Assembly: GCF_002113885.1 (NCBI RefSeq)
Contig: NW_018405607.1
Span: 117,329-181,328 of the forward strand
Direction of reading: 5' to 3'
DNA: 64,000 nt
Origin: Mizuhopecten yessoensis
Taxonomy: Eukaryota
Shown here in pieces: positions 35,751 through 49,800 of the stretch; positions within the stretch are counted from its first letter, which is position 1, and each line of letters starts with the position of its first letter. Both the position numbers and the translations under genes were made by a program. The notes beneath the pieces are model-generated. The model worked only from the letters and a program-made list of their open reading frames with translations. It was not told where the DNA came from and made no database searches.

Positions 35751-38700
35751 TTGGGTATGGCGTCTTTGGCAAAGGCTAAGGTCATAGGACGAAAGTATTG
35801 TCAGAGTAGGCGGTACAGTATGTTTCTCAAAGGTTACTTTACAAGTGGAATTGGACAGTAGTAATGACACCTAAACTGGTCAAATCAATCTGACAACTAT
35901 GGTTATAGACAGCGTTCATGACGGAAAGCGTTCAACTATGTGAGAAACTGAAAAAAAATGAAAATGTCAACTGAATTGAAATGAGTTCAGCAGATCGGTT
36001 TTGATCTTTTAGTCGTTCCCACTTACAGGGCACAAAATAAACAGGGCCCACATAAGTCGCCTCATGCAACCATTTTGTGGGATACAGCAAACCCCCACCC
36101 CAACCCTCTATCCACCACCACCGACAATCAAACACACACCTCATACCCNNNNNNNNNNNNNNNNNNNNNNNNNNNNNNNNNNNNNNNNNNNNNNNNNNNN
36201 NNNNNNNNNNNNNNNNNNNNNNNNNNNNNCCCACCCAATACATTATACATTTTATTAACTACTTCATTTTAAAATAAAATCATGCATTTAGCCCGCTAAC
36301 ACAAACATATAATACAGACAGCGCCGCGCTCACCATCACAATATGACTGTTTTCCCTTTCTCCTGGGGTATGTTCACTGTTCCATCACTCTGAACGGTAG
36401 TTGGTAATGCAGGCGATAGAACGTAAAATATTTAGAAAGGGCATACCTGATGCAAATATGAGAAACCTAAATGGTTGCACCATGTAACCGGAACCAGCAT
36501 GGGTTATTGATAGGGGATACATAGGCTAGCAAGAACCAATATATGGAACATACCACTCTGTAGTTATACTCGCCTTCCTGATTAAAATGGACTGACCCAA
36601 CACCAAACATGTTCTCATAATTATTTTGCCTGGAACATGTAACATTGACCACAATCTGTCAATGACCTACATCTATTTGATGTATTCATTCGCTTGCTAT
36701 ATATCAGAATGTTATGAATTATAGAACGGTTTATACTGCTGTCAGTGGTAAATAAGTTAGTTGCTGGACCTCATGAACGATCAACTTACTATATCATCTA
36801 TCATTTATTTACTGTTATCATCATGCGAAGCTATATTGATTACCATTGTCAATGTTTGTCCTATCTATTTTGCGATGCATGCTGGAATTAGGGCATTCAT
36901 TTTGCAGTGAATGCCTCGAGCTTACTCGCTGTTCTGGTCGAAGTTACGGCTGAATAACAGCACACAGCTCCCGGGCTGTGACAGTGAAAAACCGTTAGCG
37001 CATGTAAAACAGACATAACCAATCACCCTGCTTTCGTCTGCTTTCTCCAATCCAGGACTCCGCATCGATATAGACTCTAGCAGTGATGCATTTGCCTACA
37101 GTGAAAATCGGATCGGACGATGGACCCAGGTAAGTTTCACTTTCCTATTCCTATTACATGTTTTGGTAATTTCTTATTGCTAACATTTCTTCAAATTTCA
37201 CAAAACCATCGTTGTTTGTTTGCAAAGTTTTCTATTGATCCGTTAGCATGTTGTGGTATATACATGAAGGATCTACTTTATTCAGGTTTTCTTACCTCAT
37301 CTCTCTTCATATGAGAAGCTCTAAATAAATGTCAGCGAACGTTTATCTAAGGTAATTCAATTGATAGACCCGTTGATTTCTTAGTTTTGATAATTTTTGA
37401 TTTGTAACCTTTTCGTAATTCATTTGTGATAAAACCATGAAAAGTATTAAATTTACGACAAGGGAATTGACAACTGGCTTGGATTAGAGAAAAATAATGT
37501 CAATAGATGACCACAACTCGGTTGTGTGTTTGTTTGTTTACGTTTAACGGCCCATCGACGGCTGCGGTCATTTAGGGTCATGGTGATTTTTTTTAACAAA
37601 CATGTGAGTAACGAAGATAAGATCAGATAAAAAGGTTCATTTTAAAAGCATTCGCATTGTATGTGTAAACTCGAACAAAATACATAATTTGCATATATTT
37701 GTACTAATAAGAACTATAAGGTAGCCGTCGCGTGCTATCTTACATGTAATTTACATCATCAACGCAGTGTCCGTCACCAGACCGTTTCAATTTCATCAGC
37801 TTCGATCGAGAATTGAATCTCTTTATTAATGAATCATTTTCGTGATCCATTTCAGATAAATTTCATAGTGTGTTTGGTTCAAACAGCCAAGCATGTGTAT
37901 GTAGATAGTTTATTGATTGAAATGTATTCCTTGGCGGATGCAATTACTTAATGACAATGCGACTACGTTCTGGAACAAGTGCCGATCAACAAGGCGTTCC
38001 ACAAGCACGACCACCAAACTGTTTAACCACTAGAGAGTAAAAGCATAAAGGCGAACGCGGGTTGTAGTTTAATGATTATTGTCAATTTCTAAACCTCTAA
38101 CCTCTTAAAGCGGAATTTTGTTTATGATGACATTATTTTTTCTGAATAAACCTACACAATTTACTACTGAATAGATATAACAAAATTGTTACGTAAAGAA
38201 ATCAAGCGCTGAGACACCTGGTGACCGGATTACATCGTAAACCTGGATAATTAAACAGGAATCAGTGTCAACGCTCGGGAACCTGACTTAATTTTGGAAT
38301 AATTAGAAAAACAACAAATAAATAAAAAAGTGATCTAGAAGTGTTTGTGTCGCTCGACCGTAGTGTATTGCTAGAATGATACTTTGAGCCTCTTTCAAAA
38401 ATCTTGTATGATAATGGAAAATCAATTAAAATCATATATATGTTGATTGTGTTCATATGGACTTTATGAGGGAATAATACCCATTCTATAAAACTTAAAA
38501 GCCGTTTTCTATAACGAATGCGATGTACAGGATAAGAGTTGGAGTCATTCGGTAAACGTCGACATTTGCAATTACGCATAGTATAACTTTGTTTGCTATG
38601 CGATAAATCATATCGAACTATTTGGTCTCTAAAATCAAAACTTCAAGATTCTCATTTCAATTTTAGGCTGATTTATTTTGATAACGGCACATCAGAAAAC

Positions 38701-40374
38701 ACTTTTAAAATATATCGGTCGTAATAAAAAAAAAACAACAAAAAAACCCAACAGTTTATGAAATGTTTAAATTAGACACTGGAATGATACGCTTTTAGAT
38801 GCTGGTTGTTCGATCTGGCAATATATTTATTATTTCGTCAAAATGATTCATTCGAATATAGTATCACAGGATCCAATTAAAAAGAAAATCCTTGTTACTT
38901 TGTGCAAACGTACTGTTGGCGTTAAATGACATCCCGTCCCCTCGCAGCTGCGTGTTTCCCCGTTTAATTTCAACACATACTATATAATGGTGGTAAGGGA
39001 ATCGAACGATTGAAACCCATCCGGGTTGTTCTCCAATGTCAGCCTTTTATCGCGTATCTCTACCACAGCACCAATGCTCAGGAGTAAAATCAACGAGGAG
39101 ACGTTTTGATTTTTTGATTGATAACACATCTATGAGTTTGTTAAAATGTTCATGCAATTATCATTTGGACACCACGTCCTCTCCAGAAATCAAGCTTTAG
39201 TTGTATTCGTTCCATCGGATGAGTTGCGCCATTATACGGTCGTAGAACTGGAAACCCTGAGAGACTTTAGTCCGCCAAATCATACAGTACCGGGGGCTTT
39301 ATAAGTAATGGATGTTATTGAAACATTTAACTGCTTGGGTTGGTATCCAAATACACTGTGATTGCCAAATATGCATCATTATATACATGGCACGGGTCCA
39401 GAATGTCGTGTTTGCTGGATAGAGAGGTCGATGGTAGCCAGCACTAATATTGCAATTTAAAAGCATTTAAGGAGTTTAACAAGAAACCAATTTTAGAGAG
39501 AGAGAAAAGCGGAAACGGAGATAGAGAAGTTTGATTTTAATGATCTCATACAATAGTTGTGTATCAGATTTAAATAGAATATATGAATAGTTTGTTAAGG
39601 CTTTATTTCAATGCAGTGTTCTTTACATAATAAATATGTAAATATAATATATGTATGTATGTGCAAGGAAAACATGACCAGAAATAAACCCCAGCGTCAA
39701 CACGCAAAGACAAAAAAGGATACACAACAATAGATATCGAACTGATTCCATGTTGCTACTGTCATGATGTTGAATCTACCACACCGTCGAGCGACTCGCT
39801 CACGAAATACCCTATCGATAAACCTCTAGCGAACTGATCAGCAGCGAAATGCCGTCACAAAAAAATACTGAGAAATGGTAAAGACTGAGAAAAAGACATT
39901 CAATAAATTCTGCGCAAATTATCTACAACCAAATTGCTGTTTTTGAAAATTCCAGCAAACTCATCGATAAGAAACTACTAAATTCAAAAAACAAAAATAA
40001 CCCCCAAAAAACCACACGAAATTGGACAGCTTAAAATTTGAATATGAATAAGTATCAAAATGTAACAAGGTCATTTCAGATGATATTTTTAATGAAAAAA
40101 CTTTCTTCATTGGCTAAACGAAATACCGTTATACGTAGAATGTCGAAGTCGACATGATCGGTTGCTGCCAATGCTTTTTCTCTCTCAATGTAGTTAGGCT
40201 TACAAAACGTCAAAATGTAGGCCAGTGAAATTTGATAAAGTCTCACAGAAACTCACACTTTAGCATGTAAATTCACTATAGTAAATATTTTATATCTGTA
40301 AAGTTGTAACTAATTCAATGGTTGTGTCTTAAAGATACACAAAAAATAAAATTTGCGCTAATCACTGATTAATA

Positions 40375-41448
40375 CGATGGCCGATAGCAGCCGACACAAA
40401 ACAACTACAATATAAGACTTTGATGTACATGTACACTTTTTAAAAACTGTTCATGTACACAATACAACTACAATATAGGACATTTGTGTACATGTACCCT
40501 TTTTAAAAACTGTACATGTACACAATACAACTACAAGTGCTATTAGCATTCCTTAACGGTTCGGATCAAATTGATATTTCACACGTGTCTGATACGGCGG
40601 CTAATAAACGACAAGGAAATTACTAGATTCCCCAGAAGTCAAACAGTACTAGACGGTCACAAATCAGAGGTATACCAAATATCATATAATTTGTATGTGA
40701 TTTTTGGAGTAATGGTTGGAGACAAAACAAAAACATGTAGTTACTTAATTTGTATATATAATTATAATGTTAACTCAATAACCCAAAATACGTAACTTAA
40801 AGTGTTCCATGTGACATATTCACAAATTTGAAGGCTATTGCCTTTGGTATAAAACACTAGTTATTTCTCTCAGAACAATCTACATACAACTTTTGTTACA
40901 GTAAGTATTATATTATATTTGGTTTTAGCACTCAACTATTCACACTGAACAAGGCAACGTTCTACTTTATGACTCCAATCCATACTTTAGGTAAAGCCCA
41001 CATAGATATGCATATAACGATGGCTTATGTCTGTTACATTTCTTTCAAATTAAAAATAGGACATAAGACCTATCAACATACAAAGAAAAAATTAAGAAAA
41101 TTAAACACTTGATAATTACTTATGTCAAACTTTTCTAGTATATCCATTTTCAGGTGATGAGATTAAGTCGTCTTCAAGCATCAACTAGTGAAATATTACG
41201 TAGCAACACGGTGTGGTGACCTCTATCGCATCTTCGCTGATTTATGAACATATTCCCTTTCCTTGTTGTTTGGTCTTTAAATTCACCGCCGCATCAGGCA
41301 TGTGTGAAATATCAAGTTGACCCGAACCGTTAAGGAATGTTAATAGCACTTGTAGTTGTATTGTGTACATGTACAGTTTTTAAAAAGTGTACATGTACAC
41401 AAATGTCTTATATTGTAGTTGTTTTGTGTCGGCAGCTATCGGCCATCG
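40375..41448. mobile_element. 1.07-kb non-autonomous DNA transposon with ~130-bp TIRs and TA flanks (Tc1/mariner-type)
   Basis: TA|cgatggccgatagc...ccttaacggttcgg is matched by ccgaaccgttaagg...gctatcggccatcg|TA. The left TIR has a ~62-bp internal duplication. Confidence 0.88.
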
Positions 41449-41744
41449 TAGACTAAGCTAATCACCTTTTGAACAACTGGGCCCTGGACAGTGCATGTAA
41501 GTAGCACTTAGGAACATCGATACCATTTGGGGACAGTTGTGCGAGGTCTGGAGCTAATTTTTCCGATTTTATACGGGTTATTTTCTTTAGTACTTGACCT
41601 AGGAGGTCAAGGTCGGTAGTTACTATATTTTTTCCCCCAGTGCTGTTAATAGACACTCAGGTTTGTAGCACATTATTAAACTACCAGCGCACCGATGAAT
41701 TTTCATGTCTACAATACACAAACGAGTACAATTTAATAAACACT

Positions 41745-41830
41745 TCAATTATTTGTGCACGCGCGATTTCCCAAATTATGTAAGTGAATTGACTTGCTAG
41801 GTCTATTGGATTTAGTATGGTTGATTTCCT
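41745..41830. repeat. Dispersed repeat fragment with an inverted copy at about 62913-62990
   Basis: tgtgcacgcgcgatttccc.aattatg.aagt..attgacttgctaggtctat is shared. Confidence 0.7.
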
Positions 41831-42629
41831 GTACCTCCGAATAAGCAAGATGGACGTTGCTTGAAACAACCGTCGACTTTCGCACTTAAAGAAGGCCAGC
41901 AGGCCGAAATATAAGAACTTACAGTGACATTTGTTGTAGATTTTTATCTTTTTTTCCCTTTGGAAATCATCTGTTGTTTATTACTTCAATTATCGTAGTC
42001 GTAACTTAGGACAATACATTCTAGCGTGAAAGGCGCTTAAAATATTACCACTAAATATGTCCGTATGCAGTATAACAATGAAATACGACCATCTCACAAT
42101 CAAACTACTCTATCTCAGAAAGGAAGCTGCTAGATAAATAAAGCCCTGTTCAGTTTTTCCATAAATATTGACAACTACATTCAAAACGAAACTGATAGGC
42201 AATTGAAGTTGATTGCAGTTAGAATAAAAAGACAACGAAAACGACATCAAATGAATTTTAACGTATTTCTGTTAACTTGACTAATGACATCTTGCGTGAC
42301 CTCTCTACATTTCTGTTTAATTTGAACATGAACATACAAGAAAGAGGTTATTAAATCCAATTCTCCTGATCTGCGCTGTCTGTGTTGCGGAAACACTATG
42401 ACTAAATCCCTTTACCGTACTCTGGGGTAATCCCAATGACAGGACCGTTTATATTTATTTATATTAGTCGGATAATACACGTTGCGGCTTGAATTCTTTT
42501 TTGTTTTTGCATGTTTTTATAAAAGTGCCACAAGTTGTTAGAGCTTCTCTGTGTTTGTCATTAAATACGACCTATTCTTACACACTGTCGTGCGCTTGTG
42601 TAACGTTATACAAGTTATACAATGTCAGT

Positions 42630-43140
42630 CGGTACTTCGACGAATATCCTCGATACTCAAGGGGTTACGCTCACCTTTGGTCTCTGCAGCCCTGGAATAT
42701 GTCGTAGTTTGGTTTAATTTTGTTTAACAATATATTAACAGCTAAGGTCATTCAAGGACGTGCCTCCATGTGTGCGGTGTATGCGTGCTTGCGTGTGTGT
42801 ATGCGTGCTTGTGTGTGTGTATGCAGGAGACAGGGGGGAACTAAAGGCACACGAAAAACAGTATGATTTATTTTAGATGAATAAAACCCTAACCAATCGC
42901 TAGGCTGGTACCTGTCCTTTGAAAATTACAAAGGAGTGACACCCGACTTCAAAGCCGGTCAATTTTTACCACTACGCGACCGCGTGATTATTTTGATGTA
43001 CATTAAATGATCGTACTAGTCTTCTTGACTCTTCAACAAGGTGGCGTCCACTGAACATTCAATTTTGCTATGAGGTGTTCCAGGGGCGGAGAGAGCGAAA
43101 TTGAGTGTTGTCCCTGGATATCGAGGATGTTCAACGAACT
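42630..43140. mobile_element. MITE (family of 13435-13990) with nested SINE tail at about 42706-42835
   Basis: TIR atcctcgata..caaggg / ccctggatatcgaggat. Inserted tail gtttaac..tattaacagctaaggtcatt.aaggacgtgcctcc. Confidence 0.6.
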
Positions 43141-43281
43141 GTATGATATTCTGGTGACAGTTTTAAAGATTGAAATGGTGAGTCTAGTTGTGATCCCAAC
43201 GAACCGCTTTGAGGCGTTAAAATGATATATTTTAAATGCTTGCTTATTACGATAAACAGTACCGCTGTACCAGCTATTATG

Positions 43282-43545
43282 TTAAAGGAGGTTACTATTT
43301 AGAAAGATGAACAAAACACAAACAAATGATTTCACCTTTAAAGTTTGGTAACAGTTACAGTATGTCAAAAATATGTCACTGCACAATACAACTAGTTCGT
43401 CTGTCGATGACTCATCGGTGATGCCAGGGGCCAAAAAGTTCGAAAAACAGAAGGAGACGTTCGTTAAAACTCTTAAATATATAACTTTGAAAATAGAGAC
43501 ATAAAGAATAAAGCAACATACTTGCCTGGCTTAGTAATACCTTAA
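43282..43545. mobile_element. Kolobok-like MITE
   Basis: TTAA-agg...ttacta / tagtaata-cc-TTAA. Confidence 0.45.
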
Positions 43546-46465
43546 TCGGCAAAGTATTCATCCTTCACTTTGATGCTGCGTATTAATAATGCATGTATTG
43601 AAACCATTGGTAAGGCGTAGGATGAGCAAAAGATAAGTCTCGAGTTCGGCCCCTAGATTGTATGTGTTTTTGTTTGTTTTTGTTTTGTTTCCTAATACTC
43701 AAAATGCAACTCTGTAAAGTGCGCAGCCAGATGGAATTTATATCGAATAGATCTGTCTAAAAGGAATTAAATTAATATCTTATGGTAATACATGCGGTGA
43801 AAGTTTATTTTAAACGGATGGCAATCTTATACTCAAACGTCAATATTTTGTATCAGGAAAGATTGTGATGTAAAATCTACAAAATTAAACAAATAAAAAT
43901 AACTCATGCATCCGTACGTGTCACACAGGCAATTACGTTACAAAGATCTCCCCGTAAGACTGTACATGTATAAACACATGCCATGCGAAATTTGCATATA
44001 TATGTTGGGTTTGTCAACTTTCAACTATAAAATAATAATACATTGTAATAATGAAATCCTGCAAGATGACTAAATTGAGGGTTGACTTATGGCACCACCA
44101 CACAAATGTTTATAATTGTTATTTATATGTTCCTATCCTCGTACTGTGAACGACAATTGAGTCTAGAGTTTTTCATGACGTTATTTGTGACTGGGTAAGT
44201 CAAAACGTCAGACAAATGTAGACTTAAGATCGTTATATGATCCTAGGGCTTTCGCCATATGTATAAACGCAGGAACAGTGTAAGTCTACGTTCTTTGCAG
44301 TCAGCTGAGAAAATGAAATGAAACAGAAAACATATTACAGGCTTTTATTATTAGGATATCAACGCTTTATTTTACATGATGTTACTTTTGCGTAATAACG
44401 GATTTGTGAAAAAAAAATGGCGGTACGGATCATTGTGCCAGAACTGTTTATTGTGTGTCCTATCCTTACCCACACTTCGTCACCTTTAAATTTACGCAAC
44501 TGGATCAGCATACACCAGTTCCGTCTGAGGGATATTCCAAAGCTCTCTGTACATCATTATATAGCACTATGAAGTCGGCGTTAGATCCGCGCTATCACAA
44601 GGAGGATAATATACCAACATACCCTGTCTCCTGCACACACTCACGCAAACACGCATACACAATACGCATGGAGGCACGTCCTTAAGTGAAAGTGATCTTC
44701 GCTTGTGATAGGACGTACAAAAATCCCCCCCTCCCCCCCGTGTACATCATGTGTTGATGGAATTATAATATCCAAGTAAATACAAGTATGGACAGTCCTA
44801 GTGCTGTACAAATGAACGTCTCATTGTCACTGTAACAGTAACCGACGTTTGATTAAATTTGATCGAATCGAATTGGCTTGTTTCTTGCCACTGCTTTAAT
44901 AATTCAAGTTCAAAACTATTGGAATTACAGGAGACCTAATGCCTGTGTCTTTTTCCATTTGTGATTTTGAAGTTGTAGTTCGTCCGTTTAAAGATTTCTT
45001 ATTCATTGGAACACAGTTGTTCTGTGTGGCTGGCAATTACATGTGTATATCTACAGCGCGTTGTTCAGGCAGCGTTTTTGCGTCTAAGTCCGCGATTACG
45101 CGTTAGTAAATATTCTTTGGTATATTTTGATATCGCCGACTTCAGACGTTGAACATTTTGCGGCCTTTTTGAGATCAGAAATTCGTTGCTTGTTGGCTTG
45201 TTTTTACTGTCCGCTATCATTTAAAGCTGATTCCATTATTGTTCCTTAAGTAAAGCGATGCGTGCATGATTGTCGAAGTGTTCCCACAAGCAACAGGAAT
45301 AGCAAAGTACAACAATACAACATTTTCGAGGTAACAGTTATATTTAGAATGTACGCACAAGGTGTTAGCCTTCGGTTTTATGACATACTGATGAAATGGG
45401 ACCCTACAGTCTTCAGCAAATATACATTACGTATATAATATATTTGGTCATAGGACATTTTAAACATGAATTGCGAGGTATTTTAGCATACAGACTTTTA
45501 GATTTTAGTGATTATTTACAGTCAAACTACCTTGTGGTAAAATGGTCCAAAAATATATAACTTACGATTCGTAATGCTTAAGTTACAAAAAGTAAAAACA
45601 AACTTCGAGAAAAGGGAAAATTCGTCATATCCGAACGTTTAAAAACGTTCAGGAAATTAACAATAATTATAGCAAGGAACGGAAGTTTGCTTCTTCCAGA
45701 AGAGTACAAAAATATACAATATGCATTGTTGTTTCACGTTCAACTTCGAGGTGAGGAATGTGAAAACAAGTGATTATGGGGGAAAATACTTACTTCGACA
45801 CAGAAAGCCTTCGGCATAGCCCTATTAAAAACCTTAAAATTAAACTGCCAAAGAAACCCATAAACGGCCACGAATTTTGCTTGTGTCCTATTAACAGCTA
45901 AGGTAATTTAAGGACGTGCCTCCATTTGTGTTGTGTATGCGTGCATGTGTGCCGGAGGCATTTGATATATCGTCATTAAATGTTACTGTCGAGGACAATG
46001 TCGGAAAGGAGTTATTTCAATTGTGTTTTGCATTAAAGCACAATATAAGTATGTAATTTCTACTGTTTTGTTGTTGAGGATTCATACTGTGACATTCGAC
46101 ACACATTCATAAACACAGGCAATGGTGGTTTTGTCACTGTCATGGGAAAATCAAACACACAACATGCTGATGTTTGAGTCGACATTGAATCATATTGTGG
46201 AAGGTTGATCGACGGGGAGATACTTTAAAGGTCAGAACGGTACAATAGCAGCAAAGACAATAGCAGCACAGACTTAGTGCTTTTCTCTGTCGTGATAAGA
46301 ACGCCGTACGAAAACCTGTCGGTGTGACCGGCCTACTGAACTTCAAATACTTGTGTAGAGTATACTATGCTGTTGAATTCCCATGACCGTTTTAAAAAGG
46401 TTCTGGGTCATATTTTATCAGTATGTTTAAAACAGACGCATATACCTTGTTAATACATTCTAAAC

Positions 46466-47572
46466 ATGAAGGCTTTCACCTCGAACATGCTGTGGTTCTG
46501 GTACTTTTCTACCTGTCTTTCTGCCGTTTGCGGCCAGACTTTGGACAATGACCACGCTGACACCGTTGTACAGAACACTGACCGAGACATAATGCCGAAC
46601 GTTCAACGCCGTTTAGTTACCATTGAATCCCAACACGCTGACAGTTTATCGCGTATTGCTGTTCTAGAAGAACAACAACAGCATCAACTTCAGATAATAG
46701 CAGAACTTGTAAACTACCGACAAACTGACAAGCAACGAATTTCTGATCTTGAAAACCACCGCGAAAACGACCAGCGGCATATTTACGACCTTGAAAACAG
46801 CATAAAATTTGCTCAACGTCAAATTTCTGAGTTTTCCAAATACCAAAACATTTACAAACGCCGAATCACGAACTTTGAAAAACGGAGAGACAACGACCTG
46901 AAGCGAATAACAAACCTTGAAAAACTCAGCCAAAATGGTATACACCGAATGGCTGCCATGGAAATACAGAGGAAAAATGACCGACATCAAGTTCTATTAG
47001 TGAAAAGACTATTAAAGCAGCTTGAAAAACAAACGATGAATGATAATTTGCCAGACAAACAAAAGGATGCTCTGTCAACGGATTCTGTTCCCATGGATAA
47101 GATATTTTCTTGGACGGAGCGAACCCAAATGAAACACCAACCAATGACAAGAGTGACAGAAACTAAGCCAACTGTTATTGCGTTCCGTGCTTCTTTATCT
47201 CACGATATTGATAGAGCATCGATAAACATGCCAATTCAGTTTGATCAGATATCCCTAAACGTGGGTCGTTGTTACAGTGGTAATACTGGAGTATTCACCT
47301 GTACATCGCCTGGAATTTACATGTTTTCATGGACAGTACAAATACATACACACATGATGTACACAGAACTCGTCCGTAACGGTGGGAGAATCGCAGTTGG
47401 CTATGCCGGAGACACGAGTTATGACTCTGCAGGAACTGGTGTAGCGCTAATTGAGTTGAACCAAGGGGACGAAGTATTGGTTAGAGTACATTCTTTCAAC
47501 CACGTGTCCGAAGCAGGCCATATGTTGGGAACCTCTGGTGTGACATCTTTTTCTGGATTTCAAGTACAGTAA
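46466..47572 (+). CDS. Secreted C1q-domain-containing protein (signal peptide, coiled coil, C-terminal gC1q), intronless CDS
   Basis: 368-aa ORF. Hydrophobic N-terminus ending VCG-Q. C-terminal motifs IAFRASL, IQFDQISLNVGRCY..TGVFTCTSPGIYMFSW, LNQGDEVLV and SFSGFQV are typical of gC1q. AATAAA at about 47640 and 47756. Confidence 0.93.
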   Translation: MKAFTSNMLWFWYFSTCLSAVCGQTLDNDHADTVVQNTDRDIMPNVQRRLVTIESQHADSLSRIAVLEEQQQHQLQIIAELVNYRQTDKQRISDLENHRENDQRHIYDLENSIKFAQRQISEFSKYQNIYKRRITNFEKRRDNDLKRITNLEKLSQNGIHRMAAMEIQRKNDRHQVLLVKRLLKQLEKQTMNDNLPDKQKDALSTDSVPMDKIFSWTERTQMKHQPMTRVTETKPTVIAFRASLSHDIDRASINMPIQFDQISLNVGRCYSGNTGVFTCTSPGIYMFSWTVQIHTHMMYTELVRNGGRIAVGYAGDTSYDSAGTGVALIELNQGDEVLVRVHSFNHVSEAGHMLGTSGVTSFSGFQVQ

Positions 47573-48129
47573 AAAGTGAAGTTCACCAGGACTAATTCAT
47601 TTCAATAATAATAAGTATGTTAAAATAACTGTAATTCTAAATAAAATAACGACTGCAGTCTGACAATTTAAAAATATTCATAATTGTCTAGTGATCATTC
47701 CAGTCAAGTAATTCCAACACTGTGGCCTTAAGCATTGTTGATGTTCTGGTAATACAATAAAGCTTTTCATATGATTTCTGTATTGTGTCTTTTTTTTTTG
47801 TCCCTCCAATGACATTTCAATTTATCTGTTGTTTCTGTAAATATTAACAATAACAACAAAATGCCATTGCAAAAAGAAGTCAAGCTGAATTAGTTCGACA
47901 ACAGTTTGTGTTTTATAAATCAGTAATAAGAAAATAAGTTTAAAGAGTTTAACTTATTACTTGGATTCCTAAAAGTGACATTTCTTTATTTTTTCGAACA
48001 TTTAACCTAATGTTTTCCCTTAAAGATAACAAAAGAATGTAGTTTTCTTTGGATGAACGAGATTACACTTTTATACTGTTGGCTAATGTCTATAGTAATG
48101 AGACATGTTGTACTGATGATGGTTTGTCG

Positions 48130-48430
48130 ATTGGACAGGGTTCAACGTCCTATTAACAACTAGGACACGCCTCTCTGTGTATTGTGTATGCGTGCATGTG
48201 TGTATGTACCGATGATCTGATGCCGACCTGATAGTGCTACCTCAGTGAAATACCATGTCGACGACACCCAGCACAGCATTCCGACGGTCGCATTATATTG
48301 GTAACGGATGAACCAGTTGTTGCCATAAGTGCTAAAGGTTCAGCAGGGAATGACTTATATTAAGTACTTTGGTATGTCCCGGCCTGGGGACAGAACCCAT
48401 TGCCTTCCTTACCTGGGCTATCGTTCAACA
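48130..48430 (-). mobile_element. tRNA-derived SINE (Meta-SINE-like tail). Related fragments at about 37520-37580, 44610-44720, 45880-45960, 49800-50080, 60645-60720, 61900-62055, 62780-62835
   Basis: Shared tail aacgtcctattaacagctaaggtcatttaaggac, body gtgcta..tca.tgaaatacca.gtcga.g.cacccag and cccggcctggggac. Confidence 0.7.
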
Positions 48431-49762
48431 TTAAAACCAAAAGTGAAGTATTGCCAATACTTCACTAGGAAACAAAAGGTGGTAAGAATTAGAAAGAAAT
48501 ACAAAGAACCCAATATTGCTATGGGTGGAGCAGATATATTTTGGTTGCTGTTGTTTCCATAAGCAGAGGGTACAAACGCATGTCCCCAATTCTGAAGTGA
48601 GTTCCCACATATATCGACTCTTACGATCATGCAGTCGGTAGCAGCAGGTATATTTTTTCAGTATCCGCAGTGGTGCTTTACTGGTAATTTTATTTACCGT
48701 ATTAACGATGTCTTAAAATATAATGAAACGCATGCGACTCCTTTTAATCAAAGTGTCCGGATTTAAGAGTATCCACGCTGCGTTTCTCTTAACCGGAAAG
48801 AAAAAGCATACAAATACGGAAAAAACAAAGAAACTATAAAAAAAATCAAATATATATAAACAATATAAATCGCTCACTCTGTCATAGCTTGACAAAAGGA
48901 AGAGTCGTACTTGAAACGTTACGCCACATACCTGTTAATTCCTGATACACTTTGTAAACTATCCGGATTTCAGCGGAACTCTTTCGTTGTTATTTAGCAG
49001 GTGTTTATGTAGATTTTTCAATAAACTGAAACATCTGCATACAAAAGCTTCCATACTGCTAACATATTACGAATTTAAAAAATTAGCATTCATGTAGATT
49101 TCCAGTCATCAATATACCATAGGTTACTTAATACCCATCAAATTTCCCTTAAAAGTATGTTTTCGTTTTATTTTACTAAATTTGTAATCGTTCAATTACC
49201 ATTTCTTCAAATAAGATGGATTTTTGAACAACTCTATACTAAGGAGTGTACTTTTTTGTTTGTCTTAAAAAGTAAAACCTGTATATTTAAGACTTGAAGA
49301 ATGATAAAACAAGGGCCGCTAGAGGATTACACATGAAAAAAGTTAAATAATGGATTGTATTTCCAAATGTTTATCTAGTACAGAAATTAACTTTTCAGAT
49401 TGAAATGTGTGTGCTGTCGCAAAGACATTCAAATTACACGTCTTGCAAATTAACGGAGAAAAATCGATACCCCGTTTCCGTTCCGATTTAGAAAGTAATT
49501 CTACCTTTGCAAACAAGTTCAGGGCTGTATGCGACATTGTCACACCTCAGCTCGCGTGGCTATATCAAGGCGGTAAAAATTGGGAGAGACAATCGAGTTA
49601 CCGTAAAACTTCTGTCAAGCAAGCAAGGTTTCATTACGTTTCTCATATGTCACTTTCAAACCTTCTCTCAATTAGAGGGGGGGGAAAAGCAATTCTCTGC
49701 GTTCTTTTTATTTGGAAGTACGAACAGGAATAGACAAGATGAGCAAGCAAAGGGATAAATAA

Positions 49763-49763
<1 letters not shown>

Positions 49764-49798
<35 letters not shown>
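49764..49798. repeat. (TG)n microsatellite
   Basis: Direct read. Confidence 0.95.
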
Positions 49799-49800
<2 letters not shown>

